Positions 46,088-57,984 of a stretch of 64,000 nt of DNA are shown here, one piece after another. The DNA comes from Sporopachydermia quercuum. Taxonomy: Eukaryota. The notes under the pieces were generated by a model, which was given only the letters and a program-made list of their open reading frames with translations, ran no database searches and had not been told where the DNA came from. The stretch is from positions 620,001 through 684,000 of the forward strand of contig BCGN01000002.1 of assembly GCA_001599295.1 (NCBI GenBank), in the 5' to 3' direction. Position numbers and translations under genes: made by a program. The stretch's first letter is position 1. Each line of letters begins with the position of its first letter.

Positions 46088-47296
46088 CTAGTCTTCTCCG
46101 TTTGCGTTAGCTGCTTCTAATAATGTTGCCCTAATATACTCAAAACTAACCAAAGTAACTGCACTAGCAGGAACTGTCCGAATCAGATTTGTTCCTAAGC
46201 CCCAGTAAAACCCTCGAAACCCTTCTAACCGATAAATGTTCTTACATAATGATACAACACCGTGACCAGATTTCCTTGATCCAAATAATAAATTCCTAAC
46301 AGACCTTATGAATGATTCCTTCTTGATATCAATAGGCTCCTTGGAGGTTTCAGCTATTGATCGAATTTGCATTCGTGTTCTAAGTACTTCGTGAGGATAC
46401 GTGAACACCGTAGCGAACATTTTCGAAATACATGATGCCAGTAGAATTCTTGGGATTTTTTCATGCACTGGTGCATTTTGATTTCTATCACAGCCAAATT
46501 TCAATTTCAAGCGTTCATATAATGGGAATTGTATAGCAACATGCAACAAACCAAACATTGATGGTACTAAACCCGAATAAAACACTGTGATTCCCTCAGT
46601 CAGAAACATTGTTCTGAAGGCATCCCAAGTTCCTTTGTAGTAAATAGGTTTGCTAGACCGATGTTCTAGTGGATGATTTGATGGTTTGATTGGTGTTTTG
46701 GGGGTAGAAGAGGAAGATGTGGATACTGATATTGGAGAAGAAGATGATGCTGAAGATAAAAATGATGATGATGATGATGATGATGGCATAACTCTATTAT
46801 ATGTAGTACCGCCATCGCCAGTTTGAAGCATAAGCCGTGTTTTGATAACCCAAATAGGATTTGTAGCTGTAGATGATATAGAACCTGCTCCTACAGCAGA
46901 TAGGACATTTGTCAAAGTATCAGAATTAACACCAAAGTGTTTGTTCGTATAAGACGGTATTTTTTTCTTCAAGCCTTCATACACTGTAAAGTAAATCATC
47001 CATGTTGGCAAATAGCCTATAACGATAGGTATCAGTCCTCTGTAAAGCCCTCTTAAACCTTCTTCTTTTCCAATAGTTCTTAGTGTATTCAACACTCCAG
47101 AGTATTTTCTCGGTAAAGCATCAACATTTCTTCTTCTGTTTGTTTGTAAATCAACACCTTGAGCTTGTAGACGAGTTTTGACAACGTCTAAAGGGCATAC
47201 CACAACACCGGAGATGAATCCAGCAGAAGCTCCTGAGATTGCGGTTAAGAAGCTCTCTGATTTGAAAGCAGATTTTGATTGTTTATTGTTGGACAT
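46088..47296 (-). CDS. YIA6: Mitochondrial carrier, NAD+ transporter Yia6/Yea6 (Ndt1/2) type
   Basis: Three carrier motifs PLDVVKTRLQ, PIWVIKTRLM, PHEVLRTRMQ; GYLPTWMIYF and HVAIQFPLYE; Ser-rich insertion in repeat 2. Confidence 0.85.
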   Translation of the reverse strand: MSNNKQSKSAFKSESFLTAISGASAGFISGVVVCPLDVVKTRLQAQGVDLQTNRRRNVDALPRKYSGVLNTLRTIGKEEGLRGLYRGLIPIVIGYLPTWMIYFTVYEGLKKKIPSYTNKHFGVNSDTLTNVLSAVGAGSISSTATNPIWVIKTRLMLQTGDGGTTYNRVMPSSSSSSSFLSSASSSSPISVSTSSSSTPKTPIKPSNHPLEHRSSKPIYYKGTWDAFRTMFLTEGITVFYSGLVPSMFGLLHVAIQFPLYERLKLKFGCDRNQNAPVHEKIPRILLASCISKMFATVFTYPHEVLRTRMQIRSIAETSKEPIDIKKESFIRSVRNLLFGSRKSGHGVVSLCKNIYRLEGFRGFYWGLGTNLIRTVPASAVTLVSFEYIRATLLEAANANGED

Positions 47297-49982
47297 TTCT
47301 TGCGATTTTAATAATTATATGCTATGATGGTAACCTGATGAGATTTATATGCAAGATGAGCTTTTTGTGAGTAGTGTGGATAATTGAATATGCTTTGACT
47401 CTAGTGAAAATGAATAGACGTTGTATAAATTCATGTGTCAAGCTAGTAAAACTAGTTAGTATTTATTCATGATAATAAAAAGAGTGCTAAGTACCAAAAC
47501 GGAAAAACTATGTATAAAAGATGATAATGAAGGTATGAAATAATGTAAGAACAGTAATAGATACTAAATAGGTATAGTTCAGGAAGTGCTATGACAGATG
47601 ATCATAGGAACAATACTGAAAGAATTGCTCAAAGCAAAATTGAAAACCACATCTCAAAGAACGTGCTTCTGATCATAAATAGTAAGCAATGGGTCTGATT
47701 TATGGCCATTGGCTACTTGTATCATTCACTTTTCAATCATTGCCAGTTAACTTAACAAATCAATGCTACCTCCTCGTCTAATTTCCACTGATTCCCTTTG
47801 AAGGTTCAATTTAAATATAAAGTTCTCATTTCTAAGACTCTAAACATATTCTAGTCTTACCAAAAGAATTATTCATCCTGTTCAAACATTTTCATTTTCA
47901 TCAATCAATTCATCCAACCTATCCCTTATCGTACAGCACCATCAACATACCTATATTATTCTCTGTTCTTTCTCTTCCTGACTATTTTTTCATCGGACCA
48001 AGATAAAATAGAAAAGACTGATGCAATATTTTATCATTCAGTTTTCAGTATTAGTTTCTCTTTCTTTCTTCTCACCTTGCATGTTTTGCCTCACTGTATT
48101 GATTGCTCCTTAGTTGTGATCAACTGACCAAGAAATACAATCAAAGACATAAACAAAAGAAAGAGAACGAGACAATAATACTGCCAATGAATAAACAGAC
48201 CATACATGAAAGATAAAGATAAAAATATTAATATCCAACCTCAACTACTATTTTATTTAATCATTCGGTCATTTACTGATTTATTCATGTATTCATCCAT
48301 TCATTTGTAATCAATCACCCATTTCATAATTCATTTAGAACCGCAGAAACTCACTCAGTTTTTCACTTTGTGCCTCTGTTTCATTCTATATGTACGTGAA
48401 AAATTGGCCTGTTGCGTGAATTTATATATTATGTCAACATTTATTAGACATATTTGGATGGAATGGGTAAAATCTATGTGATGCTGAATGATAAGATTGG
48501 ATAAATGGTAGAAGAAATAATATTAGTTAAACTGATAGGGAATAAAATAAAGAAATAGGGATTTTAGTTAATTCAATTGACGAAAAGGCGTACTAAAATA
48601 ATATTTCTTCTCTATTTAATATTTAATGTATGGAAGAAATAGATAATCTGCACACAATGAGGAATGAGGAGTGTGGGTTTAGGTCCAGTCAGTATGATAC
48701 AGAGACCCATCAGATAATAGATGGAATACTGAACTTCATATCATTCATATTATAAGGTTCCAAGAATGCAGCAGCAATAAATGATTATTGGTCTATATAA
48801 TAAAGACGTATAAATAAACTATACGAAGAAGATAAGTAATACTTGGTTTCCCCAGGTATTATAGTTACTTCCAGCTGGTAATCAGGGCTTGATTAGATAG
48901 TTGACCTAGAACAATAGTAGTAGGAAAAGAGATACTTAATCGAACAACAGCTGAATGTAATAAATAGTAAATAGACAGAGTTGCTACCTGTGTGGTATAA
49001 ACCATCATATGATCCATGACTTGGCATTGGAATTATGGTTCGTTCTCGTTCAGAGATGGCCATTTTAGTTGNTCTAATCCTGACTTTTTCCACACTTATT
49101 CAACAATTCTACTAATGCATAATATACTCCAATAAAGCTGCTACATTTATAAGCACCGTCATTCAATATCACCGGAACATATATCCATATAGCCACATAT
49201 CCGTCGAACCTACTAAATACATATATCTCTAGTTAATATTAGTTTGAATTGATTAACAGCCATACGGCTAAAGCGAATTTTCACTGGGAATTCTGAGGAT
49301 ACAACGGCAAATGAACATGATCACCAGCTATCAACCATAGCTTGAAACTTCATCGTCTGTGAAAAAGTAAATACACACATAAGCTAAACGGCAAATGAAT
49401 AAACATTTCAAGTCAAAGTATCTAACATCGTCTAAACAATTTCTTATGGTTAAATTCAAAGTCCCACCAAGTAAAATGGTGATTCATATAAAACCTTTTT
49501 TGACTTTAATCAAACGCCGAGTTTCGGTCATCTCAGTATGAGTGGAATGAGACGCAATGTATTCTTAGGAGATCACGTGCCGTTTATCCATCGAGCTAAA
49601 ACAAATAAATAAATGAGTTGAATCAACATTATTAAAATTAGGATGCCGATATTGAAAATAGTAATTCACAACTACTATTAGAAACAGCAAAATACTAGCC
49701 CTTTACTAGGTTAACAGTTCCTACATACAGATAAGTGCGTAGGTCTACCCATTACTTCATTTGCTATAGAAAGTTACACTACACTTATGATCAATAAAAA
49801 CGTTAGACATCACCAATAATTAAACCATAAACAACAAAAAAGAAACATGCGTAATGAATGATTGGAAAGAAAATGAAATAATAAGGAAAGTTTGGGAGGA
49901 AAAGGATGAGAATGTACTTGAATGAAAGGGATACTGGAAATTCTGACAGCAATTGAGAATCATATATCATAATCATCACTCA

Positions 49983-51490
49983 TCAATCGTCATCCTTTGG
50001 ATCTCCTATACCGTCTTCATAAATGGCAAATATGCAATCTGATTCAGGAAGACAAGGTGAGTCATAGATTTTACATATTCTTTGTTCACCTCTACCCTTC
50101 CTTAGAGAAAGTCTAGTGGTTGATGAGTGCGCAATGATGTTCTAAATCAATGGAATGTTAGAAATAAGAATTCAAATCGATTGAAGATAACAGTATTGAT
50201 ATCAATACCAGTTACTATTATCAATGTCATTCAACAGTAAGACAAGTTAAACATACACCACCAATAGGTTTCTTCGGATCAGGGTTAAACATTCCCGCAG
50301 ATCCATCAACTTGAGCTACCACTTGATTCGTAATTACAACAGCTATTCCAAACTATAAATTTATGTTAGAATTCATTCTTCAATACTGAATTCAATCTTC
50401 AACAATGTTGCAAATTTGGAACATACCTCATCGGCTAACCGTTGCAAAGTTCTCATGAATTTGGCTACGTGAGTTTGCCTAGCACCTAATTCACCCCGTC
50501 CACTAAAATCGGTTCTATATAATGCCATAATTGAATCAACAATCAATAAACTGAATCTTGACTCAGCCATCATTGCTGCTGCTTGATTCAATAGCTGTAA
50601 CTGATGATCGGCGTTATAGGCCCTGGCATAAGCTACATTATCTAATGCATCATCACCATTTAGGCCATATCTTTGGGATATCGATAATAATCGTGCTGGC
50701 CTGAACGTGCCTTCAGTATCAATATAAAGACATTTTCCTTCACCACCACCCATATCAATAGGTAATTGACATGTCACAGCTAATGTGTGACAAATCTGCG
50801 ATTTTCCTGTACGAAACTCACCGAACACTTCAGTAATTGATCCTGTTTCTATTCCACCACCGAGTAACGTGTCTAGCTGTTTTGAACCTGTAGTAATACA
50901 GATCAACTCCGATCTTCTAGTATGATACTCTGAGGCTGTTGTAAAGCCCATAGGAACATATTTGGTTGCTGTTCTGTTAGTTCAGAGGAACTTATAGCAA
51001 ATATACTTCAATATACGTCAAAACAGTATAGTGACAATTTCGCTTACCTTCAGTTAATAGCTTATCTGCTTTCGCCTCCGAGATTCCCTTAATAGTTAAC
51101 AAAGCCCTTTTAGGTCTTAATTATGATTAGTTTTCTGACTTGAATCACCAAAGGAAACGATCCAATCGTCAATTTCAGTTCTTTATACTAACGTGTATGC
51201 AATAGACTCAACTGTATTGAATCCGGCCTCCATAAGTTTCCTGATGTCAGAAGCAACAATACCATTTCCCTGATCAGCAGTTAGAATCAGGCTTATCCCA
51301 ACTACAGTTAACACACGAAAATCGTAAAACGCAATCTTCAATACTAAAACTGTCCATAATATAAAGCCAATATCACCATTATCGATAAATCACTTACTTC
51401 TAACTTGGCAATAGGCATTGGACCGTATGCGCCCTCTTCATCTTCATACTGAACTTGAGGTTCTTCCTCAGGCACATTGGTAGGTGCCAT
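49983..51490 (-). CDS. RAD51: Recombinase Rad51, 344 aa, 6 exons: 51398-51490, 51193-51269, 51048-51115, 50427-50968, 50257-50352, 49983-50141
   Basis: Five GT..AG introns with CTAAC/CTAAT branch sites; spliced length 1035 nt stays in frame; [32 protein letters not shown]; residues match Rad51 rather than Dmc1. Confidence 0.97.
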
Positions 51491-52555
51491 TGCTGAAAAC
51501 CAAATTCTAATGAACTGCGTTTGCAACCTCTGATAAATGTATAATAACCTTCTAATAAAAGAATCTCACCAAATCAATCAACAGGAAAAAGACAGATCCT
51601 AAATCAACATGCTTTCCCTTCACTGAGAATCAAAAATTTCAGCCGCCCTTTGGTCAGAATTTGCCTTCATGTAAACAACACGAACGTAAGACTGACGCCA
51701 AAAGTTCTTTAGTCACATGATTTTCACGTGATAGACTTCTAGAATACTGAATCAGAGTAAAAACATAAGGTTTGGTTTCTGGGGCATCTCAACATTCCCT
51801 CCAAACTTTACTCTACAAGACCCAGAACTTTTCAGATCGATTCGAGAACATTGATTACAGCATGTGACCAGGATAATTCTATTCTTATTGTCTGATTGAT
51901 TCGGCTTAAAATAAACATAAACAGGAATGAAGCTGGCAGATGAGCATTTAGAAAGGTTCTTCATTATTGCTTGTTAACTAAGTGTGCTGAGAAAGAATAC
52001 AATTGATGTTGATGGATGTAGAATAGGAGAGCGAATGAATTCAGATCATAGTAAGATCGAGTCTGTCTTCAGCAATATAACAACAGCGATGGAATAGGTT
52101 GAAAGTTTAGAGTGTAATATATAAAGTTGGAGATAGTGAAACTCGGTACTTTAACAGTCGTGAAAGTTATATTGTGGGTTTGGTTTACCATTGGGAATCC
52201 GTTTGAGTCTAGTTGACAGTAAAGGATATTGGTGGTTGAATCTAGTACTTGCTACTGGGTTACCCAATACGTTATTATTAAGGCTCCGCACATATCTTCA
52301 CGGTTCATATTATTTGAGAAGAATACTGATTGTTACCTCAAACTGCAAATCTGATTTCTCAGGTTAATTTGTCCTCTCTTCGGATCTGCAGCTGGGTGAA
52401 TTCGTGCGATAAGTAGAATGAATGGACAGGGCAACTGATGAATATGCAATTACTTATTTACTACACGCTGATCACCAGAAACCCTTATAATTAACGCTCA
52501 TTTCTATTCATGCGACAACAGACAGATCTATAACAGGGGAAAGAGAGCACTCTTT

Positions 52556-54643
52556 ATGACTACAGAAATGACTGAGAATCTCAGCGGCACATCAACTAGG
52601 GAAAGCCCGAACGATATGAGTACTTGCTTATCGATAAATACCCCTTCAACCGACTCTCACTCTTCTACATTCAACAATACCACTTACGATGAATCATATA
52701 TAATACCCCGTGTTGCCCAAGAATCTCCAAGAACACCANGTTTATACAGTCCTCTATTGGATTCTAGCTCCATTTTCAGACCGTCCAGTATTACTAGGCC
52801 AAAGAGCTATCATTCAGTGTGTGGGAGAAATGACTCTACTCATAGTTTGGATTCAAATTTGGATGCAAGTAAAGCAAAAGAATTGGCGTTGCAGCTCTAT
52901 AATGGTACCACTGAGGATATTTCTTTAGCAGCCGAAAAATACGCTGCTTGGTTAGGTGATGAACAAGAAGAAAAAGGTATTGTTCGAGATTACTATATGA
53001 GTTTATTCAATTGGCGTGGAATAAGCATCTTGAAATCTTTGAGAATTCTTTGCTCAAGAATATATCTAAAGGGCGAATCACAACAAATAGTACGAATTAT
53101 CAAAAGCTTTGCTAGTGCATGGTTTAGTGAGAACCAGAACTTTCTCTATTCATCATCAAATATCGTTCACAGCATAGCGTATTCGTTGGTGATACTAAAT
53201 GCAATGCTAACAAATAAAGGTTCATTCAAAGTCTCTAAAGAAGAATACATCCACAGCACACTTGACATTATAAACAATGAACTCATTGAGAACATTCAAC
53301 AGCGAGAAGTAATTTCAAGACATCTTGACGATTATTATGAAGACTTGAAGTGCCATCATTTACCAGTTCCTTTCAGTATAAGTTCCCCTTCGTCAATAAA
53401 TACTACAAGGAATATTACAGAAGATTTTAGTTCCCCACTTTCAAGCTTGAGATCCAGTTCAATGACAAAATTGACACCATCCAAAGTGAAAAGTCCTGGT
53501 AAGTCATCGAATTTGAATAGGAGAATATCTAGAGAAAACTCCACACAGCATATTAGTATGTCTAAAGGATTCACCAAAGTTATACGAGAATCCCAATCCC
53601 GACTAGCTTCAGNTGATAGTTCTCTTGCTTTAGGTGAAGCTTTTAGTGTGGCATCCTCACTTGAACCAGCAGGGCCTTCCTCGGAAGATCTTATCTCAAC
53701 AGAAAAGGTATTAATGCGTAGAGGTCCACCTTGGTTAAAAGAAGGAAACGTTTGGTTTCTCAAGCTGAAGATGAGAGGCACACATGATATCAAACAGCAG
53801 GAGCTCTCTACAATACTAGGGAAACGAAATAAGAGTTGGACAAAAGCNTTCATTGTTATTTCAGATATGAAATTAGAGNTCTATACGTTTGATGGTAAAC
53901 CTAAAACACAACCATCATTAAATGCTATAGGGAGTGGGAATTGGACTGATTCCGCAAGCTTAATTGGCAAAGAAGATCTGAGAAACTCATTAGCTAATAC
54001 TGTAAGTATTCAAGACTCCATGCCGTTATCTCCTTCAAAAGAGTTGAAATCCTTGTTTTATCTGCATTTGCTTAATGATGAGTCCCTGTATTTATTTGAA
54101 GTAGGAACTAGTTCATTGGCTGAGGAATATGTATATACCTGTAACTTCTGGGCAGCTCGTAAAACGATGATACCAATGAAAGAATTCGTTTCTAACGTGA
54201 ATTACGGCTGGAATTATATTCAGACCGAACCAGACATTGGTCTTGAAGAAGATGATTCGCTAAACAGTTCTCGGTACAATAAAAGGAGCAGCTTAACGTT
54301 TTCTTTGAAGAAGAGACCAACTCCACAGAAAGATAAAATCACGATAAAAGAATGGACACCTTCGAAAGTAGACAGTCAAGAATCTCCAGTTGAAAATGAT
54401 ATGGAGCAACTGATAGCATTGAGGAATTATGTCCTTGATTTAGAAGATGACATTGAGGAGCATAGGAAACTGGAAAAAAATATTGGAAAGAATTTCACCG
54501 TTGGAAGTTTCAATTATAAGAAGGCAAGGTCCAACTGGAATGACAAGAATACCTACCTTATTTCTAATTTGTCTCGTTATCGAACATATATTTATTACTA
54601 TGAAATGGGGCTATATAGTCATGAGTTATTTGCTTCACAGTGA
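52556..54643 (+). CDS. YEL1: Sec7 + PH domain Arf GEF, Yel1-type
   Basis: Sec7 motif LKGESQQIVRII; GPPWLKEG start of the PH domain; CNFWAAR; SNVNYGW; C-terminal coiled coil. Confidence 0.85.
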   Translation: MTTEMTENLSGTSTRESPNDMSTCLSINTPSTDSHSSTFNNTTYDESYIIPRVAQESPRTPXLYSPLLDSSSIFRPSSITRPKSYHSVCGRNDSTHSLDSNLDASKAKELALQLYNGTTEDISLAAEKYAAWLGDEQEEKGIVRDYYMSLFNWRGISILKSLRILCSRIYLKGESQQIVRIIKSFASAWFSENQNFLYSSSNIVHSIAYSLVILNAMLTNKGSFKVSKEEYIHSTLDIINNELIENIQQREVISRHLDDYYEDLKCHHLPVPFSISSPSSINTTRNITEDFSSPLSSLRSSSMTKLTPSKVKSPGKSSNLNRRISRENSTQHISMSKGFTKVIRESQSRLASXDSSLALGEAFSVASSLEPAGPSSEDLISTEKVLMRRGPPWLKEGNVWFLKLKMRGTHDIKQQELSTILGKRNKSWTKXFIVISDMKLEXYTFDGKPKTQPSLNAIGSGNWTDSASLIGKEDLRNSLANTVSIQDSMPLSPSKELKSLFYLHLLNDESLYLFEVGTSSLAEEYVYTCNFWAARKTMIPMKEFVSNVNYGWNYIQTEPDIGLEEDDSLNSSRYNKRSSLTFSLKKRPTPQKDKITIKEWTPSKVDSQESPVENDMEQLIALRNYVLDLEDDIEEHRKLEKNIGKNFTVGSFNYKKARSNWNDKNTYLISNLSRYRTYIYYYEMGLYSHELFASQ

Positions 54644-54844
54644 TAGCGAGAAACAGCGAGATAGATCTACATTTTGGTGGTCAAGAATAATCATGCAGAA
54701 GTATTTCGCTGATCTTGTTATATTCTTTATGTACTTTATGTAAATTAAAGCTATAGATATTGAGTTATAATGAATCAATTAGCGTAGCTGCTTTTTTTTT
54801 AAGAATTATAAATACAGCGAAAAAGAAGATAGGCAATATATGAA

Positions 54845-54924
54845 TCACGTGAATATCAAAGCAATTTTAATGTCACGTGATGAGANCAGGACATTCTGTC
54901 CATACGTTATTTGTATGTGGCAAA
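54845..54924 (+). promoter_or_regulatory. Two CACGTG E-boxes (Cbf1-type) and an Rpn4/PACE-like site upstream of PUP3
   Basis: TCACGTGA 54845-54852, GTCACGTGA 54872-54880, TGTGGCAAA 54916-54924. Confidence 0.55.
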
Positions 54925-55129
54925 GGGACATGGTCTCGGACAACTACCTTTNCAAACATCCACAGATTGAATACTGAACATTGAATTGCCTCCATAATAT
55001 GCTAACTATCATGATAATTGAATCAATCACCCATAATGTTTTCATCGAATGATCATAAACAAGGAGCAGTGATTAATCATTTTAATAATAAGCAACGGTC
55101 AGTAAGGAATAGTACAAATTTGAGCAAAA

Positions 55130-55910
55130 ATGTCTAATCCACAAGAAATCAATGGTAAGGTTACTTTCTCCTATTGTAACATCGTCTCAAGTGTTTAGTT
55201 ATCAAGCACCTGTTCTGTTGTGTGTTGTGTCGCGATGATAGTGAAAATAGTGCTGAGATCATCATTTGAATTTATTAATATGTGCTGAATATCAGAAATT
55301 CTAACGTGAATAACTAGGTGGTGCATGTGTTGCCATGGTCGGTAAAGACTGCGTAGCAATCGCATGTGATTTGAGGCTGGGAATGCAAGCATTAGGTGTA
55401 GCAAACGATTTTGAGAAAGTATTTCAATATGGCCATGTGTTTCTAGGAATGACAGGATTAGCATCTGATGTAACATCGCTTTCGGAAGTATTCAGAATGA
55501 AAACCAATTTATACAAACTACGAGAAGAACGAAGCATGGAACCAGAAACATTTGCTAACTTAGTATCATCAACATTGTACGGCAAGAGATTTGGTCCTTA
55601 TTTCATTGGTCCTATAGTGGCAGGTATTAATTCAAAGACGGAAAAACCATTTATTTGCGGATTTGACTTAATTGGATGTATAGATTTCGCTAAAGATTTC
55701 ATTGTGTCAGGTACTGCATCTGATCAATTGTATGGTATGTGTGAGAGTCTGTGGGAGCCAGGTTTAGAACCAGAAGATCTATTTGAGACAATTTCACAAG
55801 CTTTACTTAACGCTCAAGATAGAAATGCGTTATCTGGTTGGGGTGCTGTTGTTTATGTGATAACGAAAGACAAAGTGGTCAAACGGTTATTAAAAACAAG
55901 ACAGGATTAG
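55130..55910 (+). CDS. PUP3: 20S proteasome beta-3 subunit; exons 55130-55154 and 55318-55910
   Basis: MSNPQEING|GACVAMVGKDCVAIACDLRLG; intron GTAAGG...CTAAC...TAG (55155-55317); ends LKTRQD. Confidence 0.97.
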
Positions 55911-56246
55911 TTTGCGTTTTCTCATTCTTAGTGTAATATTAAGTTCTCCTTTGTTTAGAATTAATGCTGTTTTTAGAGTATCATTTGAAATGTAGTTTAA
56001 TATCTACGTGTATAATATGAATCAGCTCACAAGATTGTTATAATCGTTTATATACATGTTTATTACCTTTACCTTCCATTGAGTATTTGATTATATATGG
56101 ATGAACAAATAATCAGCATTTCTNAGGTGATCATCTCCAAATCACACAATTCATACCAAATCTACCATTCTTTTAGCTATCATTTGAAAAACTAATTCTT
56201 ATATCCTCGTCTATAATAGCAATTAAGCACAGTTAATTCAGGTTAT

Positions 56247-56661
56247 TTATTGATTACTAACACCCGCAGCCTGGCCTTGCTGTTCCTTCAATTTCTTTTC
56301 ATATTCGATCACTTTTCGAAGTCTTCCGCCAGGTCCAAATTCCTCTTCTTCAATCTCTTTTTTCCTTTCGATAAACGATTTCTCTTTNTCGGTTGATGAT
56401 TTCAGGTGGTAGTTGCTTTTCTCTGATCTTGCATAAGATAAACAGGCGTTTAAGTCATCTTTCACATTATTACAACCGCCAAATGCTTTGAACAGAAACC
56501 CTTTTTTATGACATTCGTCAAGAGCTTTGATCAACTCTTCACACCCTAAAATAATATGTTAAAATCAATATATTCATCACACTTTCTATTTCTAGATCAT
56601 CATCATCAATATACCATAGACACTTACTTTGGTACTTATATCCAGCTAATTGAGGATGCAT
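56247..56661 (-). CDS. CMC2: Twin CX9C cytochrome c oxidase assembly protein Cmc2; exons 56628-56661 and 56247-56545
   Basis: Spliced MHPQLAGYKYQR-CEELIKALDEC...GGCNNVKDDLNAC; intron GTAAGT...TTAAC...TAG (56546-56627). Confidence 0.93.
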
Positions 56662-57984
56662 TATGAAAGAGAAGCAAGTATTAATAATGCGATATACACA
56701 AAAAATCTTGTTTCTAATATAAAAAAAGAAAACAGTTTCATCAACTAGTTAGTTGGCTAAATAAAAGAATAGGTTATAGCAGTTGCACCACCTGCTTATC
56801 ATTTGAGAAAAATGGTTTGCTATTCGTCAAGCGAGATGCTAATGTTTGCGTTTGAATTGTACAAATATAGACAGGGTTTGTCATGAAGTTTCTTGGACAT
56901 GTCACATTTTGACAATCTTTTCCTGCTATAGCCAAGATATTGACATGTGAACAGGTTATTAGATTCGCAAGATATAAAGACAAAGCAAAATAAAGAAAAT
57001 ACAGAATAATAGTCTATTGACTGCTATATTTTGGTTTTACTAAAATTGAGGTTTTTNCTCTTATTGAAATATTGGCTGTTGTGTATTTCTTGAAGTGTTT
57101 AGTAGTCCTGACATAGATGAAACTGTAATCCAATTTACTCTGAATGTCATGATATTTTATAGCTCATTGAGATGAGTTGAGATGTTCTAAGGAAAACGTC
57201 TGGGAATGAGAAATTGAATACTAAACAGGGCTACCGAAAATGGAAGGAAAATTAGAACTACTCGTCGCTTGAAAATTAATTTTCTTATTCATTTTTTGTC
57301 AACAATAATTCCTGTTTCTTTTTTTTCAATACTTTCATAAAACTCAGCTTTTAACAATAAATGCCTCTGATTCTGCCAACCTTCGCTGAACTTTATTTTC
57401 ATGACACATACCCTTGCATCTCTTCTCAAACCTTATCTCAACATGAATTACCCAACTGTTTGGTTAGTTTGGTTCCTTTATCTTTCTAATTAACAGATCA
57501 ANTAGCAGGTAGTGGGTTGACGATTTGATGAATCAGTTCAACCTGTGTTTACCCACTATCGGTTCTGGCTTGATTGCTTTGACGGTAGTTTTGTTTTACC
57601 TCGAAGTTCTACAGTGAAAGGTCACGCACTTTCCATTTCTGATTTCAACCCTTGGTAATGAGCAAGCTGTATACATGAAGAGATTATGTAATTGTAATAT
57701 GTTTCTATTAAAAATATGACAAAGTAATAGCTAGAATGTGCAGTTAAAGGTAATCCTTGAAGAATTTAGCATTTATACTACAAATTATCTGGCAATCTAT
57801 AGCATAGTACTATAAGGAAACTGGCATTTGTCCTACAGTCATCCAGCATNTGGATGCTAACTACAATTCATTCAAGGGTAATCACCAGCATATATATCGT
57901 ACTATANCAGCGCAACGCTCACATTAATTTACAGACATTTTATTTCATCGTCTCCTACGACACCTACCATCAATCGATTTCATT

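Noticed and set aside
46735..46790. (GAT)n and other short microsatellites (6235-6270, 28270-28300, 44941-44965)
   Set aside because: Ordinary slippage repeats encoding low-complexity loops or lying in terminators.
50373..50951. Truncated or pseudogenised RAD51 as suggested by the ORF track
   Set aside because: This is mostly exon 4; splicing restores a complete 344 aa protein.
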